Assembly (NCBI GenBank): GCA_002633005.1
Contig: NMRA01000313.1
Coordinates: 310,001-374,000, forward strand
From: Phoronis australis
Lineage: Eukaryota; Animalia; Phoronida
Reading direction: 5' to 3'
DNA: 64,000 bases
Shown here: positions 43,293 to 57,576 of the stretch, in pieces
Numbering within the stretch: the stretch's first letter is position 1
How the letters are laid out: each line of letters begins with the position of its first letter
Notes under the pieces: generated by a model
Told to the model about the DNA's origin: nothing
What the model saw: only the letters and a program-made list of their open reading frames with translations
The model's database searches: none
Translations under genes and position numbers: made by a program

Positions 43293-44569
43293 AGTCGAAG
43301 GCAACCTTTTTTCATGTCACTTTTAGCAAAAATAAAGTTCGTTGATTATCCCAGACACATTTTTCACTTAATTACAGTTTTTCGTAATTTGATTTATTTC
43401 CCGTCCTCTACTCCGGAAGTGACGTTTTGGGAGGCAACAGTTTCGCGCCAATTTTTTTTCATTATAGTCTGACTGTGAGAGCTGTCGAGTCAGTCATCGT
43501 TCTACCTCGGTTGTGATAAGTTCGGTCGTCGTTTGCTTTTGTTTACAAGTCAGTCAGCATGCCACACTGTTGCTGCGTGCTGGGATGTACTCATTATCGT
43601 CTCACACGCGCTTTGGGTAATTTGCGTCGCTTAATTCCGAAGGATGACACACTTCGCCGTACTTGGCTATCTCGTTCATGTGAAGAACGCAGCGCTACCC
43701 GTCCACACAACGTACAAAGCAGTGGAGGGTTACCGAGTGTGTGGCAAGCATTTTCTGCGGTCAGATTACAACAGAGATATGTACGCTGAATTGATGAAGG
43801 TCCCTGCGCGACAACGCATGAAGAAGGGTACCATACCGTCGCCAACCCCGAGAAGTGCGTTTTTGAAGCGAGAAGCCTCGCGAGCTGTAGCCACTATATA
43901 CAGTGACTGGAGGCTCTTCATCTGCTGTCACCCGTGCCTCTGAACGTACCCCATTGCGTGCAATTCCGGGAGCTAGCAGTGATTCGCTATGTGCTGTTGT
44001 CACTAGCCCAGAGCCTGTAAGCAGCCCTGCAGCGATGTTGAGTAGTGGGAGTGAATACAGCCGGGCCCAGTCCGACACCCAGTGAAGAGGACGAACGAGC
44101 CTAACTTTGATAAGTTTATTGTGGACTTGTATTGGACCTATTTAAAAGGTGCCAGGTGTGTGGCGAGGGATGTAAGCAGTTTGGGTGCTCAGATCACCCA
44201 CCAGTGGGAGTGTGTCGTGGGACACTCGGGCAAGTGAGACAGTTCTTCCTCTGGAGTGTACGTGAGACGATGAGTACACCCCAGTACGCAGCAACAGCGT
44301 GGCATGTTGACTGACTCGTAAGCAAAAGCAAACGACGACCGAACTTATCACAACCGAGGTAGAACAATGACTGATTCGACTGCTCTCACAGTCAGACTAT
44401 ATGAAAAGAAATTGGCGCGAAATTCTTGCCTCCCAAAACGTCACTTCCGGAGTAGACTACAAGTAATTAATTAAATTACGAAAAGCAGTAAATAAGTGAA
44501 AAATATGTCTGGGATAATCAACGAACCTTATTTTTGCTAAAAATGACATGAAAAAGGTTGCCTTCGCCT
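43293..44569 (+). mobile_element. Non-autonomous Kolobok-like (THAP) DNA transposon in intron 2 of tubulin gene A
   Basis: TTAA on both sides (43289-92, 44570-73); AG...CT termini; ~315-bp imperfect TIRs (43293-~43608 / ~44258-44569); internal frameshifted THAP domain and transposase-like Cys segment. Confidence 0.85.
43559..44256 (+). pseudogene. Frameshifted THAP-domain transposase N-terminal remnant
   Basis: MPHCCCVLGC..IPKD..RRTW / frameshift / YRVCGKHF..KKGTIPS matches THAP C2CH with P, W, F and AVP-like box; downstream DKFIVD..LDLFKRCQVCG..FLWS resembles the Cys region of Kolobok-type transposases; no DDE core. Confidence 0.8.
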
Positions 44570-44636
44570 TTAAGGTCACCTTGCATGTCAGTTGGTAGTA
44601 GAACCATTTATACATAGAAGAATCACGAAAAATTAC

Positions 44637-44865
44637 CAATAACAGTAGGTTCCAGATCTACAAACACCGCACGTGGCACGTGCTTTCCGGCACCGGTCTC
44701 ACTAAAAAAAGTGTTGAAGGAGTCGTCTTGAACCACGCCCGGCTCATCACGGGACATTCCTATCTGTCCATCCGGCTGTATTCCGTGCTCGAGACAGTAG
44801 AGTTCCCAGCATGCATTGCCCATCTGCACACCAGCCTGTCCAACGTGGATTGAGATACATTCGCG
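44637..44865 (-). CDS. TUBA: alpha-tubulin gene A (divergent), exon 2
   Basis: tag|[54 protein letters not shown]...DLEPTVI g|gtaatt; 229 nt, 6 nt longer than gene B. Confidence 0.95.
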
Positions 44866-45430
44866 CTATAAGAAGATAACGAGGAAGTCATAATTCTATT
44901 GATATAAGGTACTAATCGATTGAATTTTCTTCTGACTTATTCGTAGCAAAAACGACATGTTAGAAACTTAGCAACGAAGGCTGGCTCTCAGTACCTGTTG
45001 TGTGTTGCCAATGCTACTTGTGGTGTTCCTTAGATTCACGTGGTATTCATGCCCACAGGCCACGTGCTCGTCCCCTTCTTGTATTAGTTGTCCAAGTGAA
45101 TAGACGTATTATATTTTACTCTCATCTGTGTTGTTTTACTGGTTCTACGAACACAACACTACCGGACACCGGTTGCAAGCATGCACTCTCCGTATTGTAA
45201 CATTTCCTAAAACTTTCCCAAAATGGTATAAGTGGGCAACTATCCAAAAAGGAACGGCGAACAATCATTGAAATCATTGACCAGCAATTGATAAATATTT
45301 GTCTCAGAAAAATGAGAGAACTCGGAGACAATTTGAACTGTTGAAATACGTATATCGATCAGACCGTAGCTTAACTTGATAAAAAATCCGACCAAATAGC
45401 CTCGTCATTCGGGATGTTCATGAACCAGAC

Positions 45431-45579
45431 TTAGTTCAGTAACGCTTGAACTTACGCTACAACCTCGTTAAAATCTAGCCAAGATAACGTGTTCTCATTT
45501 AAAATACACGACAATATCTCAAGTAATTTCGAGAAGTCTTGCTTTTTAGCGAGGTCCTAGCGTTACCGAACTCCACCCG
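45431..45579. mobile_element. ~140-bp MITE, subfamily A (tubulin A intron 1)
   Basis: agttcagtaacgct ... agcgaggtcctagcgttaccgaactccaccc. Confidence 0.75.
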
Positions 45580-47076
45580 CAGCTGCACTCTGCCCTGGAT
45601 TACCTTCTGTCAAAGCGCCACCTAAAGGAAAGAGCGTCTTCGTGAAACTGCTGTGCGTGAACTTGGAATCCTGCTTAATCCAAAGATCGCGTATGCGTGA
45701 ACTTGGAATAGAACATTCATTTGAGCACTCAGGTGAATTCTTTGTTCAGTGTAAAGAATATTTGTAATTACTGGCCTCATCATCACCCATTTTCTCCTTT
45801 AGTCTTACTTGTGTCAAACAATCGAAGGAATATGTGAATGGTTAAATCAATTTATAGTTTGATGAATAAGATCGTCAATAGTGGGGAAATATTGATTAAA
45901 ATTTACGTTATTTTATGAACATGTAATTTGATTTAGTGCAGTTCAAATTTTCATCAGCGTGAGCCATTGTTTGAATGAGCTTTTCAATTTTCCTTGTGTA
46001 TTCTAAGTTCACGCACAGCAAAACGATTATGATCGACACGCGTGGGCATAAGTGCGCATTACCTGATTTGTATGAGTATCGTAAACAGATTGTACACAAA
46101 TGGTGCGGGAAAGTTCAGTGATTCATTTTTTTTTTCTTTACGCCTAGTTATCTTGAGTGAGATGTCAAAAAACAAGAACTTGTTTAGAATACATCGATTA
46201 AGTTTGCTCTCGTTGTTGCAGTCCTCTTTCCCAGTTCTACGTCGGGTAGCAGTGTGAAAGGATATTGTCACATGGCTTATCGATGACTAACGTTCAGACA
46301 TTATGTAAAAAGCACAATAGCACTGCGCCATCTATTGAGAATACCTTTGTGACTTGCGGCTGCTGCAATAAACTGGATCTATGTATTTCATTCACGTCCA
46401 GACTTTTGACATACTCGAGATAACATGGCGTCAAACAAAACAACGGATCGATTCATTGTTCTTTTGCGGCTCATTCACGTGCCATATGTTCATGACAATC
46501 GTTAAAACCAAGGTATACGCACTGATGCGTGTCAGTCATGATCATTTCATAATATTTTTCGTTATAACTATTTAAAACAAAAATGTCATCATTTCACATA
46601 GTTACTCTAGCGTATAGACTTATCAGTTCGCACTCTGCAGTATAGTTAATTTCCTTGTTCGCCAGTGCTGAACACTTTTCGGTTACCTGATGTGTTCACC
46701 ACCTCAATGGAGACAGCTTAAGAATGGCAGCCTACTTTGAATGGCGCGTAGCAAGGTCGTAGTTCCGTTTCAAACATCAGTTGCTCTCTTTGTAAACAGT
46801 CCCTATAGATGAACTAACCGTCTGCTACACAGATTAACTTAATTAACATTCAATGAGTTTACCTGTCGATATGAAATTGGTCTCAATTCACCTTTAATTC
46901 ATACTGTGAACTGTGAGTTAGGGAACAAATGGAAGTTTGTTTGTACTCGAAAAGTGATTCAAAACAAAATTTTCGCCTCGCGCTCCTCTTAACTACGGCC
47001 TCGACCACAAGCCTCAAGATGGCGCTGATCGCTTTAACCATTTGAGGCTTAGTCATTACATTAGATATCCTTTATG

Positions 47077-47158
47077 CGCGCTGGTTGGCCGTTGACGACA
47101 TTCACCGTTGACAATAGGTACGCGCTGGTTGGCCGTTGACGACGTTCACCGTTAACAC
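47077..47158 (+). repeat. Two-copy ~44-bp tandem repeat
   Basis: cgcgctggttggccgttgacgac(a/g)ttcaccgtt twice. Confidence 0.9.
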
Positions 47159-50100
47159 AAGAAACCTTCAAACAGTTGAACCGTTGAATAATTAAATACC
47201 AGTTCTTAAAGATACTTGTCCATACCTTTTTGATGTGATAAATTTGATTTTTTTTCCAGAAACTAAACAAGATCCAAACGCAGATTCTACTAACCGTATT
47301 TTCACAGGCGTTGTTGTTGCTACCATGCGTGATTCGGAAGCAGCCGAAGATACTGTTTTCGTTATTGTTTGAAATAAAATGTGGTCCCGTACTTATTGTC
47401 GGTTCTGTTATACTGAAAGCACCATAGAAATTATCCTCCTTTTGAATTACAATACATACATTAGGTAAAATATTGAAACTCAAAGTGTGGGGTGAGGCAG
47501 TTGTTATGTAAGATTACTCCCTAATGATGGGCTAAAGTCATATCAGTAACGTTAGCAGTAGCTCTTATCAGGTCATGTGTTTTGGAACAGTGTTTCACTG
47601 CAGGAATTACTTTCCACGGAGAAATACTGACTCATTCTATGAAACTGGTCACATCAAAACAGTTCATGGGCCAATTTCTGTGCTTCAAAAACGAAAGTTG
47701 AAGGTTTTCCAGTAATTAAGACAGATATATGCGCAAACTTTTCAACACGGAAAAGCAACTGAAACAATTCAAAAAATGTTTCAGTAGAGCCAGGCAGCCA
47801 TGCGGTTTGTAACCTGAGTCAATAAACCCAACACGCTCAGCATGCTACCCTCTCGACTAACACTGGGATAACTGCAGAAAGTCCGTATGTGCGCCGTGAG
47901 ATCAAAGGAAATCTCGCTGGCCACGGGCATCGGAGAGTTTGCGTTTCCTTTGCCGAAGTACGCCTAATGCAATTTTTCAATGAGCTAAGCCTAAATTGCT
48001 GCATAAATAACGCTCATTTTGATTTTTTGTATTATACTACTACAGCAAAATTCAGAGGTGATATACCTCAATATCACTTGTGATATTACGGCCCTTTCCG
48101 TAGAAATGCGTCAGAATTTGATTTCCCCTAACCAAGCCTCAAATGGCTAAACTGATCAGCGCCATCTTGAGTCTTTGGAGACGAGACAGCACCCTATTGC
48201 CTATAAGCTATTTCATCTCACCTCCGTCAGCAAAGATGCAAGGTCTCGGAAAATGTACTCATCAATGCCAGTTGCTGAAGTAATTAAATAGTATAAATTA
48301 TTTGTATAGTATGATGTAGTAATAAATAAATGCCAAACACTTTATTCAACGATTGTGGAGTGGAAACCTAAGTCGAAATTTATGACAGTGTTGAGTCACT
48401 TTTCATGAAACAAGCCCCTGATCTCGATCATTAACTCTTTTTGACATGAGGTGAGTATACACTTGTTACATGATATTTCACACACTATAGAGGTCGCTGC
48501 TTTTGACGACGTTGGAATGCTAGCGGTCTACAGGGGGTAAGCGCGTAGAATTCTTAATAAAATTTACCACTGATAACCGAAAATATGGAAAAACAAAAGC
48601 TCTTACGACAATTAAACAATGATCATCGAGTGTATTGATTTGAAGGATTCAAAATTTGACAAGTATTAATGAAGTTGCAAAGGCACGTTCTTTATAACGA
48701 AATGTAGTTAAACTCGAGTTTTGTGCTGTCAAACGTTTGCCTTTTTCTTTGGACTCGAATATCGTGTGGAGAAACAATGGAAAAATGACTTGCTTATTCA
48801 ATGTTCAAATATACCCGACATGATTTTCACATTTTTTGGCTTCAGAAGATGCTAGTCGCGTCGAATTTGACATATCGGCAATCTTGTTAGAGGCTAACAA
48901 AGTGAATTAACTGAGTTCGTGTGCTTGATTAATGAGATTTCGCTAATTACGCACATTTAGTGTTTGCCTTTGTGTGTCGTCATTTCAGGACCTAACTGCA
49001 TGGAAGAAAGCACATGTCACCTTTGCCCGTAGTCATACGGAAACCACAAAAATCACTATGGCGTATTTCAGTCATCACACAACCCTTGGGTTTTATTTGA
49101 AAGCAAATTGTGTTGCATTTAGACGTGTAACCTTTGACAGTAAAGGATTTGCATACTCCGTGAAGTTAAATTACGCGATTTTTTCAACCAACACTCCATT
49201 AATTGTACCCGGCGTCACGGTAGTCTTTGAACTAATTACTTAAGCCGTACCCTCAGTCAAAAAATGATTTGGGCCTCTTGCAGTAATGAAATAGGTCTGA
49301 GCTCGTTCCTTGCTCATTTTAGACGTGACTTCTGAACTCGGTAATAGTTGACAGTTCGTAGTTTCTAAAGACCGCATTCACGAAATATCACGGCACGGCA
49401 TGACCTGAATGTTTATGAGCTTGGTCTGATGGAGTAACGAACTCTCAGTCTTTTTACCGTATTCCAATCGCTGATGTCACACATTTTTAACAAAGGAACA
49501 GTTTGAGACCAATTTCCTAACGGTTGATGGACTAAATCAAAACGTGGCGTTTGGCAGAATGCATACGCTTAATATGCAGTTAATATCAAATTCGACAATC
49601 CAGCATCCGATCCTGTTCCCACAGCTTGTTTTAGAAAGGTTATTCCACTGATGGGCCTGAGATGTCGTAAAGGGCGACAACTGAACCACCACTATCGAAG
49701 AAAAGGTGTTCGTGTTTCTCAAGCAAATGGCATACGTAACAACGGCGTTTTTTAATCATTTTGGTCGTAGAGGGAACCCTAAATCATCCAATGTATTCCT
49801 GCTGAACCTAAGCTCTTCCCAGGAAAGTAGGACCTTGAAATATTGCTTTTTTATGTGGGCTTCGGGCAGAACGCGCTTAGGGCACGAACTGTGACCTTTT
49901 AGCCACAACTAATGGCTTGTGAATCAAAAGATCACCCTTTCTATTTCAGCTGAATTGGGTTAAATTAGCTTGGCGACAATAAAGAAATCGACTCATTTAC
50001 GTACATGTAAACGGGTTCAACCACGGTAGTCTCTAAAGTAGCTTGCGTGAAACAATTTCTTAAGATTTCATAGTATTTGTGTGCTTATGCTATTTAAGTC

Positions 50101-50973
50101 AATTTTCAGCTTTGCTACACACCGAGTAAACTCTACGTTGAAGTCTCAATATTAATTAATAAGTTCATTTTCATGGTACAGACTAAACCCCCATATGTTT
50201 TCAATAAGGGCTCGGTTTTCAGATGTACTATTAGAAAATGTTATTATTCAAAGATGCACTCATAATTAAGATGAAGTTACAGAAAGTATAACCGATTTGT
50301 GAATAAACAAAGAAGATTTGGGCAACTTAATTCAGTCTCTGTGTGGGAATGTTTCGTGCAACCGGCCACAGAAACCCACGATCACCCGGAATTGTATCGA
50401 TCACGAACGTTATTAGATACGGTTCCCCGCAATCTGGAAATAATATCGGACATTCTCACCTGGCTATTTTAGACCGTACTCGCCAAATGAGGCCAGAAGA
50501 CGCCAAACAGCTGCCGTCTAACTTGAGGTTTACCACTAAACATCACAGTTGTGTACGTGTAGATCAGACAACAAACCCAAGTAGGGCTGGGTTCCATACG
50601 TGCAATGCAATGCAATTTCTCGTTATCTACTTCACAATTATTCTTTAATTGATCGCCAATCTCCAATTTGCAAGGTTCTAATGTGCTTCCATCACTAAAT
50701 AACTGACAAATATGCAAACTAACAAATAAACATTTCCACAGATTCAAAATTTTTCTGACCAGATAAATGAACTTCGATGGCGTTCAGGTTGTCTCACTAC
50801 ACAAATGTGTTGTTGAAATAATAAAAAATAACTTATTTATGTTCCTAAAAACCTGAGGGAGAATCAAATAGTTCGTGTTTTATCGTGGAATTTTCTACAG
50901 TCTACAACATCAATAGTTATCGAAGCCAGGCAAGAATAGAGCAATCAACCGTTAAACAACCGTAGTATCTTAC

Positions 50974-50976
50974 CAT
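50974..50976 (-). CDS. TUBA: alpha-tubulin gene A, exon 1 (ATG only)
   Basis: Minus strand gtcaccATG|gtaaga (strong Kozak context and donor); Inr-like TCAGT ~51011-51015 just upstream; best ATG|GT candidate I found between gene B and exon 2 of gene A. Confidence 0.7.
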
Positions 50977-51415
50977 GGTGACGTTCTAAGTAGTAGATGC
51001 CTTAAAAAATACTGAGAGAGAGACCTCCTTCGCCACTTCAATGTGTCGACGGTGGAGACGAAACTTCTTGCCTTGCCCGTTGGAACACACATTTATTAAG
51101 ATGTTGTCACTACAGATCTTAGGGAGAACTTGATGAAAATCATCGCAACGGTGCTAACGGAGATCATCCAGGCTGTATTGCGGTAGCTACGATCGCCTAA
51201 CCTTGAAGCTTTGAAAAATATCGTTGGCAACGGTTTAGAAATTATTGTTGGCATTCAGTTTCAGTCTGCAAATTCTTCTTTCCGTTTTCGAAAATGATCA
51301 CGTGATAGCTGATACAAACTCAGGTTTGCAGCCTAAACAAAAACTGTTTATAAACAAAAGTGACATGTGCGATTGGAAAGGAACCAGGACTGCGTGTAAA
51401 CAAGCAAGCAAACAT
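50977..51415 (-). promoter_or_regulatory. Putative promoter of tubulin gene A
   Basis: Inr-like TCAGT; several YAACGG (MYB-like) sites; CGTTGGCAACG (RFX half-site, 51222-51232); RTAAACA forkhead-like sites ~51350 and ~51396. Confidence 0.4.
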
Positions 51416-52049
51416 TTTCGAAATTATGGGAGCTACACCGCTTCCAATACCGCGATGTCCATGTCGTGAATTTTGGTGAATTGCACTTAAAATAGACCCA
51501 GTGGATTATTCGACCAGCATGCTAAAGGAATATTTCCTTCCGTCGTGACCTAAACGTGTCTCAAATAAGCCAATTAACTCCAATGAATCAGCCTCAAGGC
51601 TTTCCTTCCCATGATAGTAGATGGTGTCTATCATCAAAGGCACTAAACACAGGAAGTTTCCCAATTTTGCCTCCCCAAACTGTTTCCGGTGAACTGGTCG
51701 ACATGTATAGAAAGGTTTGAAACAAAGTTTTTGTCGTCTTTGACAAAGGTGAGTACGGTGTTCGCTAAGACGGTCGTGTATGCGTGGTTTTAGGTGTCAG
51801 CTTCATTCAAGTTGCTTTTTATATCATACGTCAGTCGAATGTTTAGTGTATGGATATTATACAATAATAATTTATCTCCGTTTTGTTTTGTGATGCATAT
51901 TTGTATTGGTAACTTTGTTACAGAGGGTCTGCAGTGAAATGACATTTGCTTTTGGAGATCTCTCATACATTTACGTAAACATACATGGAAATATACGTTT
52001 CATTTTACTGTGCTCTTCCAATTGTGCATTAATTAACGAATTCTTATTT

Positions 52050-52194
52050 CTCCCTCTTCCGCCCGCCCCCTCCTGTTCCCTATCCCTCCCCTCCTTTCTC
52101 CCCCCCTCTCTCTTCCCCCAGTTCCTCCCTTTCTTCCCCTCGTACCCTCCCTCCCTCCCTCTCCCTTTGTCTCCCTTTCTCTATCACTCTCTCT
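52050..52194. repeat. C/T-rich polypyrimidine low-complexity tract; similar tracts at 13755-13800 and 27867-27918
   Basis: Directly visible. Confidence 0.85.
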
Positions 52195-53383
52195 TATTGC
52201 AAATACAATCATCATTTATAATTAATTAACCTGGTTTTTGAAGGTTGGCTTTCAACTTCAATATAAATTAATATGATGTAAGTTTCACTCTACAAAGAGA
52301 CAGAACTGGCTTCGTAATATCGTATCTGCGACCGTCTTAGCCACGACTCGATTTGCGCCCTTTGATAAAACAGGCCCCTGGTTTTCAATATACCTTTGCA
52401 ATAACGTGCATATTCGTCTAAAGAACATAATGATGTCATTCGCAGCGCTACCAAGTAAACTTTGTTGGTACACTTTATACACAGATAAAGGAAAACCGTT
52501 CATTTTTTATCATTTTATTTTTCTTAATTCATCCTGGTAACAATTTCATATATCAGTGTTGGCGAATGGTCCATAAAAGGAAATAAAACTTGTGTTGTCA
52601 TACTAACATGTATATTTTCTTAATGATAAAACAAATAAATAGGAATACATTGCACGTGTCGGATTGGGTTGACTTACAAATCAACCCCATGCATGTTGAT
52701 GTAACCGCACATTATACCATTAGTATTACCAAAAGCAACCAATATAATTTTGAAAGGCTTATAAGTTACACAGGTTAACATTTTACTATTTTAGATAAGA
52801 GCATAAACCCCTTTCCTCCAGGACTTGCACAGTGATTTATCATCCTAAGCCATACCCATACGTGGTCCCAGACACAAGTCGAATGCAATGGTTTAATGAG
52901 ACCTGTTATTAGCAGAGCTTGTTATGTTTTCAAAGAAACTCCAATTAAAATTGGTTATATTAAATAAGCATTCAAACAGGTAACGAGCAAAGGATGATTT
53001 ATCGCACGGTATACTCGATAGTCTGTTATCACCGCGCATCTGTTGAACTTCTTCTTTTAAGTAATCGATTCTTTATCGTTGTTATATTTCAGCACTATGC
53101 CATTATAATGGAATCGGGAAATTCAAGAAAATGCCAGTGGCGGATACAAGATGTCGTGAGGGGAACCAAATACCATGCCCAACAAACAAGCATTCGCAAT
53201 AACCTAGTGTCGACAGCGTTTCTCGGCCATGCCCAAATGAGAAGCCTGGATTACCGGCCCGACCAACTAAATACGCGCATGCTAACTGCGCGTGGATATG
53301 AATCTGTGCGAATTCACAGCACTGTGGAAACCCATCCAGAAAACCAATAGTTTTTTTGTCCTTGAACCGGAAGTAGCACGTGA

Positions 53384-53516
53384 CTAATACTCCTCGCCCT
53401 GGTCCCCTTCCTCCTCTATGGAGTCCACCCCAACTTCCTCGTAATCTTTCTCTAGTGCGGCCAGATCCTCTCTCGCTTCCGAAAACTCACCCTCCTCCAT
53501 ACCCTCGCCGACGTAC
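53384..53516 (-). CDS. TUBA: alpha-tubulin gene B, exon 5 (last)
   Basis: cag|(W)[43 protein letters not shown]; spliced CDS totals 1353 nt = 450 aa + stop. Confidence 0.96.
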
Positions 53517-54411
53517 CTGAAGAAAAAAGCATCAGCCATGTGAATACTCATTAAACCCTGTTTTAAGGTACGCGTAAAAACTGATATCAACTACAAGTAG
53601 ATAACTCCTTGAAGCACAATAATGCACCGTGGCCCAGGCCAACCTTGAAAAATCTAACGGTGTCAATGTTGAGTTAATCGACAGTTGTGGGGAAATACTG
53701 GCCATCTCGAAACACAGGATTCACTTTGTCACACGGGATAATTTGAGGCTACGCAAATACCCGAGATGTTGTTGATGGGCGAGATAGTGTTTGCCTGTGC
53801 AGTGCATTTAGTTGCCCAGGGATGCACTTGAGCATCAGATGACAGAACTAGTTCATTGGATGAAATGATCAAAACAAGTTTTAGTATCCCTCTCATGGGC
53901 AGGAGATGTGTGGAAGTTTGTATTGTTGTTTATATTTAGGTGCTACGTTGCAACCTTTGTTGAAAGAAACGAAAATGAGAAATCAAAATCGTTTTTTATT
54001 TTTCCTCCCGTGGACAGTGAAAGATTCCAATTAAGGGGTAAGTCTGGAGGCATATACAATTGTTTCTTGTTGTGTCGATGTATAGTGATGATTAGAGAAT
54101 AGATACTGCATGTATGGCACAACAAAACACAAATGAAGTTCATGACATTTTGGAAAACGCGAATATGGCCTTTGTGCAGAGAGATTTCAGAAAATAATCT
54201 TTACTTACTTCGTTTTCAAAACACCATGCTAGAGGATTGTTTCACAGCAAAAACGAATGAGTTTTGTCACTTCCAGGTAAGTGGGACACCATCACTAATG
54301 AAATGTTTCGTACTGTACTTGTTTGTTTAAGAAAACACTGGTAACTTCACCGTGTACGGAGGCATCGCGCCTTCTATCGGAGGTGGTTTTTCAGTTGTCG
54401 TTGGTCACTTA

Positions 54412-54576
<165 letters not shown>

Positions 54577-54819
54577 CTACAACATAAAACAACGATTTTT
54601 AACCAGTATTGTGTTTGTGCAGCTCCTGCATAGTCGTTGACGTTAGAATAAAATACAACCTTTTGCATGCAAGATCAATTGAACATTTCGCAAAATTTAC
54701 AATGAAAGCAAAACTTAAGGTTTAAAACCTGCAAGGAAGCTTGAATTTTTATCACGTTGGACCAGTGAAGAGACCATTGTTTTCAATACGGTTGCTGGTG
54801 TTAAGCTGGTAAGTGTTCA

Positions 54820-55689
<870 letters not shown>

Positions 55690-57520
55690 TTAAAAGCGCT
55701 ATGCAGATTGGTTTCTTACCAACATGGCTGCCATGGCGATTGTTCAATGTAAATCCAAACGAAGTAACCCAGCAAATAATTGGGACATGGGGTTCTGACG
55801 AAAATACACCATAGTTCAAATCTGAACGCACTTCGCGAAAATGGCGCGCTTTTATTATGATGTTGCGCAAAGATTAAGGTGCACACGCATTCTTCGGGCG
55901 CACAAAATTGTAGAAGGTCTTCCGGCGGCCGATGCCCTCCACTTAGTAGTAACCAGAACTTACCGACTATTGCGTTTGAATGGACAAAATGTGTTTTGGT
56001 TTGTAATTGAACGCACTAAAGTATGACGTATGAATCATGCACGTTACCGTTTTCTGCTCAAATGATGCCACTCCCAACAGGGGTCGCACGCTTTCCAATT
56101 CTGTGTGTGACTCTGCTTTGTCAACCAAATTTGAACTCTGGTTGAACACCTCACGAATTCAGAATTATATTTAACGCTAGAAAATACTTGAACAGTAATT
56201 TTTTCTAAAAAAAATATCACTAAAAAACTTCTAAGTAACAAAATTGATAGTGAACTTGGTTTTCACAAACAAGCAATAGACGTCGCTCATGTAAAAAAAA
56301 GAAGTTCAAAATAGAGCGTGCTTATCTACACAGCAGTTGTTATCGCATTGTTCCAGAGCGCATGTTGATTTAATCTGGTGTGTGCCAGCAACAGATATGT
56401 TGGTATCACTTATAGATGTTGAAACCTTTGTGTCGAGTGCGCGACCGATAACATCCTGCTTGCGGATTTGCTTGGAATTTTATAATGGGCTCTTTGGTTT
56501 AAAATGAATGTAACGCGTTGTTGTTTAACAAAACTGAAAAGGTTTTCTTTTTTGTATTCAGATGCTAAGTCATGTATTGGGACCTCCTCGGCGAGTACGA
56601 TTTGTTGGTTAAGGTTTGAACCAAATTTTCAGGAACTTTAATTAAAACCATCCATACTTGAACCATGTTATCCAGATACACGCACGTATCTGGCTGTATA
56701 CAGCTAAATATCTGTATGGATGTGATTAATATGTCGTGGGTGAGAACTAGTCGTGAGCTGATTGTGAACTCTAATTACTGTCAAACAGAGACAGTCGTCT
56801 CGCAGAAATGGCGAATCAAAATAACTGCAAATGCAGGATACGTCGTGACGTCGATATGTATATGATTCGGTAATTCAATGATGGGCTATTTATAAAAAAA
56901 ACCAACGGGCGCAGATGTATGTAAACGCCAGTATAGAATCACTAAACGGTGTTTATGTTAGTATCGATCTGTCTGCACGCAAATAAATTACCATCGTGGT
57001 GATGCATCTGTCTGTACATTTGCATATTAAAATGGTTGCCTTTGAGAATTCTGTTAGTAGTTTCCGACAAAATCATTGAGAAAATGCTTTTCTTACACAA
57101 TTTGTTTGGTTGGATTGGTCAAAGAATTGATGTTTTGCCATCTCGTGACTACCTAGGATTCAAAATTGGACAATATGCTGTATCCTGGTGACTACTGAAA
57201 TATATGATTGTTTATTAACACTCTACGTAATTTTAATACGAGAAATTTGTTGCATTTATTCCCAGAATTTAGACAAGGTGGTCTTGAGAAATTTCTTACA
57301 ACGTGTTTGTAGTTACACTGTCTTCGACCGTAAACAACACGAAAAATCTGTTTCGTCCTTTTCAGTAACACTAATAGTTTCCGTAATGGCCATACAATAA
57401 CACGATGGGAGTGAAATGGAATGCGTTAATATGTTAATTGGTTATGCGACCTTGCCTGCCAACAATTCACTAAATCGCTTATCAAATCAGTCGTTGATCG
57501 AAGGTAACTGGACGTTGTAT

Positions 57521-57576
57521 AACAATAATAATAATAATAACAACAACAATAATAATAATAATAATAATAACCAACA
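57521..57576. repeat. (AAT/AAC)n microsatellite
   Basis: Directly visible. Confidence 0.9.

Noticed and set aside
47061-47483. 140-aa minus-strand ORF in tubulin A intron 1
   Set aside because: No recognisable motif; its end is built from a tandem repeat.
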